From: Vicugna vicugna
Lineage: Eukaryota
DNA length: 64,000 nucleotides
NCBI GenBank assembly: GCA_013265495.1
Contig: MU058418.1
Coordinates: 1,762,917-1,826,916, forward strand
Direction of reading: 5' to 3'
Shown: positions 40,950-53,822 of the stretch, piece after piece
Layout of the letters: every line of letters begins with the position of its first letter
Position numbering within the stretch: the first letter of the stretch is position 1
Notes under the pieces: model-generated
The model's input: the letters and a program-made list of their open reading frames with translations, nothing else
Database searches by the model: none
Told to the model about the DNA's origin: nothing
Translations under genes and position numbers: made by a program

Positions 40950-41320
40950 CAACTGCAACTGCTGGGTCATATGATAACTACATGTTTAGTTTTACAGGAA
41001 ACTTCTAAACTGTCTTCCAAAGTGGTGCATTATTTTATACGTATGAGCAATCTGATTTCTCCACACTTCTGCCAGCATTTGGTGTTGTCAGGTTTTGGGG
41101 GGAAGAGGGGAGCTTATAGGGCATATAGTTTATAGGTGTGTAGTGCTATTTCATTGTAACTTGCATTTTCCTAATGGCTGATGATGTTGCATATCTTTTC
41201 ATGTGTTTATTTGCCATCTCTTTGTCCCCTTCAGTGAAATGTCTGTTCACATTTTTTGCCTATTTTCTAAACAGATAGTTTGTTTACTGTTGAGTTTTGA
41301 GGCTTCTTCGTATCCTAAAT
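40950..41320 (-). mobile_element. L1 ORF2 3' fragment
   Basis: gctgggtcatatg...cttccaaagtgg...tgcattttcctaatggctgatgatgttgcatatcttttcatgtgtttatttgccatc. Confidence 0.8.
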
Positions 41321-41367
41321 GGCTCTTAAAATAAATTTTTTTCTACTTTTTTCTTGTCAATGTTTAG

Positions 41368-41445
41368 AAAACTAAATGTTTAAAGAGAGGACCACCTCAG
41401 CAAATTTATTCAAAGTTTGGATCACAGCCTATTGTGGCTGAGAAG
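41368..41445 (+). CDS. CEP57L1: CEP57L1 coding exon 7 (KTKCLKRGPPQQIYSKFGSQPIVAEK)
   Basis: Acceptor cttgtcaatgtttag|, donor AAG|gtaaga; 78 nt. Confidence 0.94.
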
Positions 41446-41560
41446 GTAAGAGGGGAAAATTGAAGGTACTTGTTCGAAAAAACTCATGATTTGTTGTAAG
41501 TGCTATTTAAATACCGTCAGTTATTTGAAATTGTTCTCAGCTATTTCTTTCCCCCTAAAG

Positions 41561-41805
41561 TCTGCCAGTGCAAGCCATTCACTGAATCCAAGTATGCAAA
41601 ACCTCCTGCAGACGACGCAACATTACAGGACACATACCCTTCAGAAACCAGCTGAAGTAGCTGAGCCTGCATGTCTCCACAAGCCTTCTAGAACAACTTC
41701 TCAGTGTAAAGCTTTACCTTCTGACTCAGAAAAGTCTATTTCCATTTGTAACAATTTGTCTGAACTTTTGATGGCAATGCAAGATGAGCTGGACCAAATG
41801 AGTAT
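41561..41805 (+). CDS. CEP57L1: CEP57L1 coding exon 8 (SASASHSLNPSMQNLLQ-TTQHY...NLSELLMAMQDELDQMS); alternative in-frame start at 41612
   Basis: Acceptor tttctttccccctaaag|, second acceptor cctcctgcag| ends 41611, donor AGTAT|gtaagt; phase 2. Confidence 0.92.
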
Positions 41806-42821
41806 GTAAGTATTTTTATTCTTTATCAGAAGAAGTAGCAGGGTATTCAGGTATCTTTTTCTTTTTCCCCTCAGTCTTTCAAACAATGCCACTTATAAGT
41901 TCTTAAAAGCCTTACTTAGCCATTTGGACTTATTTTGATCTACAAATCTGTTGTTACTGATTTTTCATTGTATTTATTATATTTAAATTTTCAACTGTGT
42001 GTAATTACTACTTTTTCCAATTTAAAGAGTTTCTGTATTCCTAAGATCTGAACTGACAGACAAATATTGCTGTTATTCTAACAAATGGGATCTGGTGACC
42101 TTAAATTATAACTCACAAATGCTCTTAAAAGAAAGATTCTCCTTTTGTATTTTATAATCTTTTTAGTTAAAGAAATTATTTCATTAGACAAGTAGGAATG
42201 CAACTTCTTGTTTTAGACTCAGGCTGGTCTACATTCAAGTTTGAAGCATCCACAGTAAGCAAGATTCTATATGGAATACATATTTTAAGCCTCAAGTTTA
42301 AATATATATTCAAGAAAATATGTGATTTTTGGGGGGTGGCCAACTGGTTGAACTAGACCTCTGGAGAAGATACAACTAGTTCTGTTGACAGTGTTTCTTT
42401 GAGTAGGCTATCACCATATCTAGGGATTTCTTAGGCAAATACTTCTATAACTGGAGTTCGTCCAAAGATCTTATATTAAGAATTCCAAAGCTGGAACTAA
42501 AGAGAGTCCTTTAATACCTCTAGCCAAGGACATCAGAATATTTTACTACATTTAGCTATAAACATCAAGAATTCAGACTTTTTTTTAAGATTCTTTAAGA
42601 CTGTAAGTCTAAGATACTTCTAAATGTATCTAATGTCAAATCACAAGAACCTGTTTATAATTGCTATAGATTTAATTTGATAACTCTACAGAAAAAGACT
42701 AACTTTGAGGTTAATATTTAACTCTGATTTACTTTTATGATTGAACAGAATATTGTTTAATTTTGGCAAAGGCATATACTATAAACTATAACAGTGCTTG
42801 ATATTTGTTTTTCTTTCATAG

Positions 42822-42966
42822 GGAATACCAAGAACTACTAAATCAAATCAAAGAAACTGAAAGTCAATCAGTTTGTGAAGACATAGAATGTAAACTAGAG
42901 CATTTAGCCAAGAAAATGGAAATTAAAGGAGAACAAATTTCCAAACTGATGAAGCATCAAGACAGT
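42822..42966 (+). CDS. CEP57L1: CEP57L1 coding exon 9 (EYQELLNQIKETESQSVCEDIECKLEHLAKKMEIKGEQISKLMKHQDS), Cep57 microtubule-binding domain
   Basis: Acceptor tttctttcatag|, donor AGT|gtaagg; 145 nt. Confidence 0.96.
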
Positions 42967-44816
42967 GTAAGGAAGTTTTAGTAAAAGGTTTTAATGAAAA
43001 GATAATACGTCTGAATTCAGTGTTGTATCTCTGCATGAACTTCCAAATTTGAGGTCTGTATGTGTGATTTAGTGAAAAAAATGATAGATTGGAGTCACTT
43101 AGACCTATTGTAGAATAGTCATCTGTCCCATTGGAATAACATGGCCTCCTACATAACTCTTCAAGATAATATAAAGAAGAGGGAGCAATAAAGTTTAGTT
43201 ACATATTTAGTAAATATTTGGGAAAGATTGTGATGTAGGCTAAATTTGCTTTGCAGCTCTCCCAGTTATACTTCTAGCATTCTTTCCGCTTATCCCTCTT
43301 TTCCTTAGTGCCTTAATGAAGCCCCTTATGTTGATAGATGTCTAGTTCATACATAAACCTGTCTCCTCAAGCAGTATCCTGATCTGAAAACCACTATTTC
43401 CACTTTCCCAGAATAAGTTGTGCTGTGTCCCATTCCCTGGGGACCTGTGCTTAGGTAGCTCTAGTGTGATGGTGAGGGGGGCTCTATCCTTGTGGGTAAA
43501 TTCTTAACAACAAAGAATGGCATAACGGTTTTAATATTTTAACAGAAAAATCATGGAGTGTTATAGTATTTTATCCCAAGACAATGAGTCCATTCTTAGC
43601 AGTGTTACACTACTGGAACAGAAGGCAGAGGGAATCTTTCCAAGAACCCTCAGGTCATATCATGTAGCTATCTGCCAGTGGAATAATTCATATAAGTTGA
43701 TGATATATTAACCTCACAATTAAGCCTTCCCCACTTTTATAGAAAAGTAATAAAGAATGCAGAATTTTTTACTGCCTTTCTTCTGTGGTCAGTAAAGAAA
43801 GAAGGAAATGAAACTTTTGAAGCAAACATTTTCACTTCACTGGCTTTTATGGCTATAGTAAGTAAATTTTTGTATGCTTGTATTACGGTGAAGATTATAT
43901 AACTTGTACACTTTCTTAGAATCATATAGGAGAAACTTGAAAGGAATAGAAGAATAGTCATATTTTTTAAATTTAGGCAGACTGTACCTAGCTATATTTT
44001 GAAAAATATTATTTATATTCCTTAGTAACTGTAGCAAGTATACATTTTCAAGCATTTTATGATGATAAATTTAATATCTGCAATTAAAATGGCCTTAGAC
44101 AAACAGAACACCAGGTATTTAGCCAGTGTCTAGATTAGCTCTGCAAATTAGGCCTGTGCTTAAGTGAAATAGACACTTAAATGGACTGGACTTGGAAGAA
44201 ATGGGTTTTGGCTAGTTGTTGGGTTTGTTTTAATTTTGTCTACCCAACCATTACTAGATACTCCTCAATGAGATAAGATTATTCCCTTTTTTTTTTCAAC
44301 TAGCATTCAGTAGTACATTAAATTCAGGAACACTTTAAAGGAAATGTATATATATATTTTGACTCTATAAACTTGATGCTCATTTATAGCAGCAGATCTT
44401 TGCTTTGTTGTTAATGTCACCTGAAAAGTCCTTCTCTCACCTCCTTATTCTCCAGTTTTTTTCCCATTTCATATCTTGCATAAACATTTCCTCATCTCAG
44501 CTTCTCCAGCCCCACATTGATCTTGTCCTACTGTAGCCTTCTCAGATATATACTTTTGGTCCTACTCAAAGTTATCCTGGCTTAAATTATTCTCTAGTTT
44601 GTTACATATATGCTTTTCTTTTACTTATTAGAACAATAAGCTCCTGAGAGCAAGCATTGTTTTATTCATTGTATTTCTACCTAACAAGCACAGTGTTAGG
44701 CATGTAATAGGTATTCAATAAATAAAAATTTAATAACCTTTTAAATTTCATGTAACCTTTAAACCATCAGTCCAATCCATTTATTGACTAAAATGTTAGA
44801 TTTTTTTTCTCTCTAG

Positions 44817-45029
44817 GTTCATAAACTACAACAAAAAGTTTACAATTCAAAGATGAGTGAAACTTCAGCTATTCAGCAAGAAGATGGCAACTGTAAAGGA
44901 TCAAAGAACATAAAAAATAGAAATTGTTGGTTAAGTAACTCTCTTCAAAAGAACAGCAACTTTCGTCCAATACGAGTCCATAATCTTCAAATGAAATTGA
45001 GAAGAGATGATATCATGTGGGAACAGTAA
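44817..45029 (+). CDS. CEP57L1: CEP57L1 last coding exon (VHKLQQKVYNSKMSE...LQMKLRRDDIMWEQ*)
   Basis: Acceptor ttttttttctctctag|, TAA at 45027-45029. Confidence 0.97.
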   Translation, partial: VHKLQQKVYNSKMSETSAIQQEDGNCKGSKNIKNRNCWLSNSLQKNSNFRPIRVHNLQMKLRRDDIMWEQ

Positions 45030-45735
45030 CACAATAGTAGAAATGTCACCTTAAATGAACTCTGTCAATGAACTGTCTCAAGTGGTTTTAATTTAATATA
45101 CCTTTATGAAATTTCAAATTATGTTTCTAGCTTTTATAAAGTGTCAAGTTGTAGTATTTTAAAATTAAGCCTAATGACCTCCTAATAGTCCCAAGTAATA
45201 ATGATTGTTTTCCTTATTGACTGAAATACCTAATCTCACTGTTTTAGAAACATTGTTCACTTTGTAGATATCTTAACCTAAATTTAAGAAATTATACTAG
45301 ATTGATATTTAAACTTGAGTTAAATTTGAGATACAAGTACCATTGCACTTCTTCACTTAGTAGGCTTGTAACCTTAAGAACCAGTGTAAAATTAACAGTG
45401 TGGAAAGGTCTTTTAACTTTCCTGGTGCTTCCTCCTTATCTTGTTTTAGAGGTGTAAAGTGTTCTTCTTTATTTGGAAAGGGAAAAGCTTTGTGAAGAGG
45501 CCTTTAGCCCAAGTTTATGTTACAGTTACAAATAGGAACTCATAGTTACTTAATTTTTAGGTGATAATAACTGTGGAAGCCTTTTTCTGCTATTCCCATT
45601 TTCTTTTACAAATCTAGCTTTGTTGTTTTTTTTTTTACCACCAGTGATCTATTTTATCTTACTACTTTATAACTATATTTTTGATATTTTGGTTAGTGAT
45701 GTCATAAAAGATTTCTTTGTCCACAGATGCTTTAT

Positions 45736-45741
45736 AATAAA
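45736..45741 (+). terminator. Candidate polyadenylation signal of CEP57L1 (3' UTR ~0.7 kb)
   Basis: First AATAAA I found downstream of the stop codon, in a T-rich context. Confidence 0.6.
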
Positions 45742-46669
45742 TTTATATTTGTTGACCTATCCTTCCAGAAGTCTATGAAAACTAGTACAACTCTTCTGAA
45801 CATTTTTGGTTTCCCACCAAAATCTTTGGGGAAGCTAGAGAATTGGAGTCACCAGCTAAAATAGAAGTAGAAGACTGACAGAAAATGCATGATAGAAGGG
45901 AGGCGCTCAGAAGACAGGATAGTATGGTGATTCTGAAGACAAGAGTTGGAGGTACATCTTTATCTACAGCTGGGAGGATATTCAAGCTATAGGTGGGAAG
46001 GAATTTTTTGATCAAGATCTTGGGGAACTAGGAAAAACAGTTTTTTAAAGACAGTCTTTATGTCTTCCTAGGAAATTCCCAAAAAGTATGTGTAGGAGGT
46101 AATTGTGGACCCTCTGTGGGGGAGGAGGAAAACCATGATTCATTCTCATTGCGAGAATTACAAGACCTACATTAGAAGACCTTTCCATACCCGAAGTGGG
46201 GAGATGACTGAAAATGGGCAGATTTATACTTGGAATTGTCCTTGAAAGAAACTAATGGCAGAGATAAAAGTTTCTCTCCCTCTGGTTTAAATAGTACATG
46301 TGTCCTTCACCCTCTTTCACTCCCTCTCTCTTCACAGCTCCTTCAGCCCCAGAGATGTTCCACAGAGTGCTTCGTCTAAACCCAGTTTCATCACCTTACC
46401 TATTTTTCAACTTTGCCTTTTCTTCTCAAGAATGTGAGTGCTATAGTTTATACTTAGCAAAAAAATCATCAGGACCACAATACAGCCCTGTCTTCTCATG
46501 CCATTGTTGTCTATGCACTTAAGACGGTGGCTGAGTATATTTAGTTTATCAGTAGTGAAGTCACTACTTGTGAAAATGTATTACTAAGACAAATTACCAT
46601 AAAAAATTAAAATCATTTAAGGAACACTTGAATATTTCAATTAAGAACTGAGAATTTTCTTGCAAAATC

Positions 46670-46905
46670 AGTGTAGTGTAATAGAAAAAAACATAGATTT
46701 CAGAATTAACAGACTTGGGTACACATTGTGATTCTGCCATTTAGTAGCTTAGACAATCAAATAACTTTGGAGCCTCCATTTTTCATTTATAAATGAGGGA
46801 TTATATTACTACCTACCTCACAGGGTTCTGTGAGGATTAAATGAAATAACATGTCAAAGCACCCAGCAGAAGGGTTGGCACTGAATGAAAACTCAATAAA
46901 TGTTA
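46670..46905 (+). mobile_element. MIR SINE
   Basis: cagtgtagtgtaatagaaaa...ctacctcacagggttctgtgaggattaaatga...actcaataaatgtta. Confidence 0.85.
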
Positions 46906-47346
46906 AATCTGAGTCACCAAAAAAAGAAAAAATTGTCATAGAACCTAAATTTGCATGGATTAAAGCCTGAAAACAAGAGCCAAAAAGTATTCTTTGTAAA
47001 AGTGGAAATATTCTAATTTACTTTTTTTTTCCTTCTGTGTGCCTCAGAGGAAATGCTTTGGCTTGTTCCCTGGCTCAGGTTTCTAGTTGGGTGGGTAAAG
47101 AATACAGCCCTACCATGGTGCAGAAATATATGATCACACACAGCAACTTGGTTTGGAGTCTGTATGGGTTGTGGGGGTGACATTTATTATGGAGAGACTA
47201 TAAAGAATGGTGTCTTGTTGCTCCATCACAGCTATTGAACTGAAAATGTATCTCTGCTCACAGACTGCTGCTTGCCTTTGACTCTTCAGGGGGTGGAGCA
47301 AATGATTTCCTTCCTGGACGGGGAGGTCTATGGTCAGTGTATAAGC

Positions 47347-47360
47347 GTTGCTGTAGCAAC
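47347..47360. promoter_or_regulatory. RFX X-box GTTGCTGTAGCAAC; candidate promoter of the downstream gene
   Basis: Both half-sites match the X-box palindrome GTTGCYATRGCAAC (13/14); local CpGs; donor CAG|gttggt at 47432/47433. Confidence 0.65.
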
Positions 47361-49385
47361 CCCGCAGCTGTGCTCTGCCTAACACAAACTCCGCAGGATA
47401 TCATAGATTTTGCTCACTTAAGTGAAAAACAGGTTGGTTTATCTTTTATTTAATCAGAAATTGAAAAAAAAAGAAATTAGAATTTTGTAGCCAAGTTAGG
47501 TCTCAACTTTGATGAAACTAGAAAGTTTGAATGTTTGAAGCAGCAGATATTGTGACTATTCTAATCCCAGAAATAGGAGTTGGAATCTTTAATTAACTGT
47601 ACTTGTGTGGGTCATTGGCAGCCTGGCCGTTTTTATTCGGCTATAGCTAAAAATAGGAGGATTGGAGGGAAATGCTCAGTTTTCAGCAGTATAGGTTGAA
47701 AGGAGGAGATACTTAATATAGAATGCTATCTGGGATGGTGTACTTGAAAATTATTTTTGAGTTTTTTGTATAGCTGTCTTTAAAAATAAAATTTTAACTG
47801 TAAAGTAGTATTCTTAATCCACGATAAGACATCAAAAGTTCAATTAAAATTTGACTTGTAATGTGAGACATTAAACTAAGGGGAAAATTGGTTGCTCATG
47901 CGCAATGGGATGAATACTCGCTGTGGCCAAAAATGCACCAGCTGCCATTGTTGGTGTAGAGTAAATAGTGAAACTCCTAATGGAGTTTCCTGGAACTCTA
48001 TTCAGCTGTAACTAAAGCTGTACCTACTGAGAACATTTAATTGTATGTGAAGTTTAGATAAGTATAAGCTGACTCCCAGATGTACAAGACAAACCTATCT
48101 CAGGCATAATAGCATCTGTGAGATTAAAAAAACTCTTTATGGGTGCCATGGCACCTTTTAATTAAAGTGAAATGAGGGTAAATGAAAATAATATTGACTG
48201 TCACTGATGTGAAAATAAATTCACTTCTTGGTAATTAAATAGACCTTGCCAACGTCTCAATGTCTCAGACTTTTTTCTCATAACCTATATACTTATTTTC
48301 ATGTAACTTTCCTCCTTTAATTCCTTTTTTTTTGTATTTTGTTATGTAAGGAGAATTAGACATAACAAAATTGTAAACTTAAAGTTTTAAAATATTGTCT
48401 AGGCCAGAGTTTTTTTTTTTAATTGCTTATTTAATTGTTTATTTATAGATTGTTTATTTAAAGAATCAGGTGGATTTTTTTTGCCAGTGGGTTTTTTGGG
48501 AGTGTTCTCCTTATCAGTATGGTGTCACTGAATTCTTATTTGTTGCAAGAGCCTACTAGATACCATAGGCAGTCATCAGAACTATAAATTAGTACACCCC
48601 ACTGAAGAAATTTATTTTTTATTGTATATGCATGGTTCATTGTATACCTATGTGTTTAATAGTTTTAGCAGAAAATAGTAGAGAAGCAAAATGATCTCTT
48701 GTTACTTTATGCTCTGAGGCAGTTTTGTGACAATATAAGACTTGTAAATGACCAGTTCAACAGTCTGTAATGTTGGGAGACTGGATCCAGGTTAGAGGAA
48801 GAATGTTGGGCATTATGAATTTTCTATCCAAGGAAGATAACTTCTTTGAATGGTATAATCAGCTGTCTAGAATAATCTTGTAAAATAAGGATGAAGGTAT
48901 CCACCATATTCTCTGCCTAGATTTCACATATGTAGCTTTCCTTCATTCTCCAGGTCTCAATTTACTGCTGCTTCTAAGAAGCCCTCTTTATTTAAGCCTC
49001 CCCTTCACACCTCTGCCTTCTCCCAAATCTGGCATAGCTGCCTTTTCTAGGTATTCCTCTTATCTTTGCACGTAGCATACTTTCTTGTTATCTTTTGTTT
49101 GTCTTCCCATAGACTGAAACCTCCCTGAAGTTAAGATCCTTTCTTGCTCACCTCTGTAGCCCAGCACCTAACACAATACTTGGCCTGTAAGTAGCCTCTC
49201 AATAAATATCTGATAATTACATTTTATGAAAATATATTAACTTTATATGGTGGTTTCATCCAAGTGAGCATATTGGGTCAAGTACTGCTGTTTCAGGCAC
49301 CAGTTCAGCTGTTCTGCTATTTCACCTTTTAAGGATATGTGACCATATCTTACGTAATCACTGGTTAAGAATATTTCAGTATTTT

Positions 49386-50456
49386 TTGCACAGCAAAGGA
49401 AACCATAAGCAAAACAAAAAGACAACCTACGGAATGGGAGAAAATATTTGCAAAATATGAGGCTGACAAGGGCTTAATTTCCAGAGTATGTAAACAGCTC
49501 ATACAACTTAGTAACAGGAAAACAAACAACCCAATCCAAAAACAGGCAGAAGACTTAAACAAGCAATTCTCCAATGAAGACATAAAAATGGCCAGTAGGC
49601 ACATAAAAAAATGCTCAGTATCACTAATTATCAGAAAAATGCAAATCAAAACTATAATGAAGTATTACCTCATAATGGCCATCAGTCAAAAGTACACAAA
49701 CGATAAATGCTGGAGAGGGTGTGAAGAAAAGGGAACTCTCCTACAGTGTTGGTGGAAATGTGGTTTGGTACAGTTGTCATAGAAAACATGGATATTCCTC
49801 AAAAAACTAAAAATAGACGTATCATATGATCTAACAACCCCATTCCTGGGCATATATCCAGAGGGAACCTTAATTCAAAAAGATACATGCACCCCAGTGT
49901 TCATAGCAGCACTATTTACAATAGCCAAGACACAGAAACAACCTGAATGTCCATCGACAGATGACTGGATAAAGAAGTTGTGTTATATTTCTAAAATGGA
50001 ATACTACTTAGCCATAAAAAAGAATAAAATAATGCCATTTGCAGCAACATGAATGTACCTGGAGAATGTCATTCTAAGTGAAGTAAGCCAGAAAGAGAAA
50101 GAAAAATACTATATGATATCACTTATATGTGGAATCTAACAAAAAAAGACAAATGAACTTATTCACAAAACAGAAACTGACTCACAGACATAGAAGACAA
50201 ACTTATGGTTACCAGGAGGGGTAGGGGTGGGAGGGGATAAATTGGGAGTTCTAGATTTGCAGATACTAACTAATATGCATAAAATAGATAAACAACAAGT
50301 TTATACTGTATAGCACAGGGAACTATATTCAATATCTTGTAGTAACCTATAGTGAAAAAGAATATGAAAATGAATACATGTATGTTCTGATATGACTGAA
50401 ATATTGTACTGACACAACATTGTAAACTGACTATATGTCAATAAAAATAAAATTAA
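49386..50456 (+). mobile_element. 5'-truncated lineage-specific LINE-1 with perfect TSD
   Basis: ORF2 3' end ([25 protein letters not shown]), 3' UTR and A-rich tail; 19-bp direct repeat aagaatatttcagtatttt at 49367-49385 and 50457-50475. Confidence 0.95.
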
Positions 50457-53400
50457 AAGAATATTTCAGTATTTTATTATTTGTTTCTTTGGGGGCATAG
50501 ACAACAGGTACTCAGAATGGTGCTTTCTTTGATATGATGCTAAGAGGAAGAGGTTTGAGAACCAAGGTAGTTATTTGTATATTGGTGTGTTTGACTTGTT
50601 CATTCAGCAAGTATTTATTGATCTCTTATAGTCAGATATTTGTTGACCTCAAGATACCATGCTAAATGATATGGAGAGTCAAAGACAAATTATACATAGA
50701 GTCTGTCTTCAAGTTGCTTATGGCCTGATAAAGAAGGTAAAACTTGTGCATAAATATTATACAAGGAAGAAAACAATAGGTGACAAGTATAATGACCAGC
50801 ACAGAGTAGATGCTCAAAAAATATTGTCTACTATTGATAGGTAAAGTTAGCCTGTGTATTTCTTCATTCTCTGTCTTGATATATATGGCTCTCCTCTGCT
50901 TTTTTACCTGGGGCAGTATTGGTCTAGGATTCTTAATCTTCTGTAGGTTTATTGATTAAAGGTACCAGTTCACTTGGTAATCTCAAGCAAGTACTGCCAC
51001 ATAACCATTATCAGATTCAATGGTGTGAATAGAAAAAATGGGTATGAAACACTGAAGTAAATGGGAAGGGAGTGGAGAGTGAGGGGAGCAAAAGTCAAGC
51101 AATAATGATCTAGACAACAGCAGATAAATAATATAAAGAAAAGTTATATTCTAGAGGCCAGTTATTGACTTGCACAGAATTATGCAAATGATTGCCAGTC
51201 ACTTTCCTTATGAATTTAAACCACTCAATTTCCTCATATTTCATCTTCCTTATCAGTTGGGTCAAGTCAGTATTTTTCAAACTGTAGATCATAACCTTTT
51301 AAAGGATTGTGAAATCAATTTAGTGGGCCATTACCAACATTTTAAAAATAATACAGAATAGCATTGAAAATACCAGAGGAAACATGTATAGAGAAGGTAG
51401 TAGTATTTTATGAAACTTTGTGAGTACTGGCTTATAATTTAAAATGTAGTCCTAAATGTCATTTGGAGAAGAAAAAATCGGCGCTTACTAAATGTTCAAA
51501 GGGAGTGGATTTGAAAGATGCTGTGGAAGAAAGTGAGATAGCTAAGTTTAAAATAGGAATACTCCCAAATTCTCGATGATGGCTTATGGCGATCTACTAT
51601 TTGTCCTAAAAGTATCATTTCAAATTTATTTTGTGTATTCTACAGATAGTAGTCCCATTTTAGTCAATACCATTACATTTCCTGGTCTATAGAATACTCT
51701 TCAAACACTGGCCAACCTACATTAGAGGAATGTTGCTTTTCTAATGTGAATACAAATAAATACATTAAACATGAATCCCTTAACAAATGGCCCCATTATT
51801 CCTCAGCCATTGTTTCTATCTAGTCACTGCCTCTGTGTGGAATCTAACCAATTATGGGTCTTGTCTTATGGTTAGGAGAGAAATTTGTCCTACAGACTGC
51901 TTGAGATTGTTTTGAAACACATGAAGATAAGAGATTTGTGGGAGAAAAATTGCATGTCTTGAATCTGAAATGAGCAAAGGTTTACCCCTTGACAAACCCT
52001 GTTTGTCTACGACAGCAGCACTAAAAATATTTAAAACTTTATGTGCCATTAACAAGGCACTCTTTAAAAACATGTCATTATACTGAGCAATAGACCTGAC
52101 AGAATATTTTTAAACGAGTAAGAAGCATATATAAGTATCTTACCTGAAAAATAGCTTCATTAAATGAAATAACTACCAACTGAGAGGCTGTATTTCTGTG
52201 ACTTTTGATATCCTCTTTAACATATTTCTTCGAGGCAGTATCAGCTCTGGGCTATGGTCACAAAACAGAAAGGAAATGCCATAAGGAAGTGAACAATAGA
52301 ATGATGTTCATTACAATAGGATTCTATCCATTTGTAAAAATGTATTCACTACTACAAATTATTACAGTTGCTTAAGTAGTTAAATAGATTTTAGCCTTTA
52401 TGAAAAGAGGATTGTAAAGTGAGCCAGACCTTCTAGTTGTACTTTAATAATATACTTTTGACCTAATTTTGCTTAATCTGATTAAGTAAATTCTAGGATA
52501 AGTTCAGAAAAACCTTGGAAGATATTTTTTGGTTAGTTTTCCTTAAAGTTAAATGTATATTGACTTGTAGGGTATTTCTTAGAAAAAGCTATTACTGAGC
52601 TAGTACAGAATGTGAATCATTTCTTGCCTGAAATATAAGATTGATGTTTACAGGGCAGTTGTCCAGAATCCTCTTGCTGAATTGCAAAGTATTTCACTTT
52701 TCATCACTGTAAGTTCTTTTAACTTCACAAATGTGTTATTTAAAACATAAATCATATTGGTACACAGGAAACCCATTTAAAATTAAATTTTAAAACACTC
52801 TTGAGAATTCCATGGAACATTTTTTGTTTCATAGTTTATAATATCTTTAATACCTTAAAGATATTTTTCAGAGATAACTAAACCCAAAATATGTAACTCA
52901 TGTGAACGACTAGCAATATTAATATCTTAAATATTGAGTGCTTAAACATAACATTAAAAGCATTATTACTTTCATTTTCCCAAAAATAAGCTAAGCTACA
53001 AATTTGAAGCTGGGAAATTCAGTACCAGATTTAAAAGAAGTTATTTCTAGGTTAAGAACTTTTACTTCTTACTTTAATCTCAAAAGGAACTGGTCTTTTA
53101 AAAACTTATTCTGTGATTTTATGTATATAATTTTTTGGTTTGATAAATTTGGAAGAATTTATATCATTATTACATACTTTGCTTCTCTCTTGTGGTATGA
53201 TTTAAATACTGAGTGCCTAAGCTAAATTTTCAGAGAGGGAAAACAATTTTCTCTTTGTTCTCTTACAGTATAGCTCTCAAGTTGAGTGAGGGCTGTGCCT
53301 TTGGTATTTGGGTAGAATGTTTGCCTGTGATTTCTAACTCTCAGAGCCACTTCTGAGCATTTCCATGGATATGCCACAGAAAGTTTGATTCTCTTAATCA

Positions 53401-53822
53401 GTGTGCTAAAATACTACTGATCCAAACTACCACTGGCTGAAATAAGGCATAAATCACTCAGACTAAAGCATTTAGTAAAGAAAAGGAGTTTATATGCAAA
53501 GAAGATTCGCAAGGGAGTCCAAGCTATAGAAGGACAGCCTTCACAAATTAAAGATATGAAAAAACAACCTACAAAAATACCAAGGTCACCAAGTTTACAG
53601 TTACACTCTTCAAAAGAGAAGACAGCAGTTTTCTCACATAATTGTCATATCCAAAAATGTCATCACACACCTTCAGTCATCAGCGTTGCCAAAATCAGGG
53701 ATATTGTTGTTTTTATTAGAGAGTAACTTACAGGAAAGACTCAAGGTTTCATTTACTGGAGAAACAAGAACCAAGCAGGGTAACTGTTTTTTGCTGTTAC
53801 TTTATCTCAGGGTTGCAAAGTA

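Larger units (their letters stand above)
28348..45029 (+). other. CEP57L1: CEP57L1 coding span: 10 coding exons, 1422 nt spliced CDS, 473 aa (456 aa with the distal acceptor at 41612); centrosomal coiled-coil protein
   Basis: All introns GT-AG with matching phases. Exon lengths 157+180+122+117+78+87+78+245+145+213=1422. Translation runs MDSELMHSIVGSY...LQMKLRRDDIMWEQ*, matching mammalian CEP57L1 as recalled. Confidence 0.97.
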
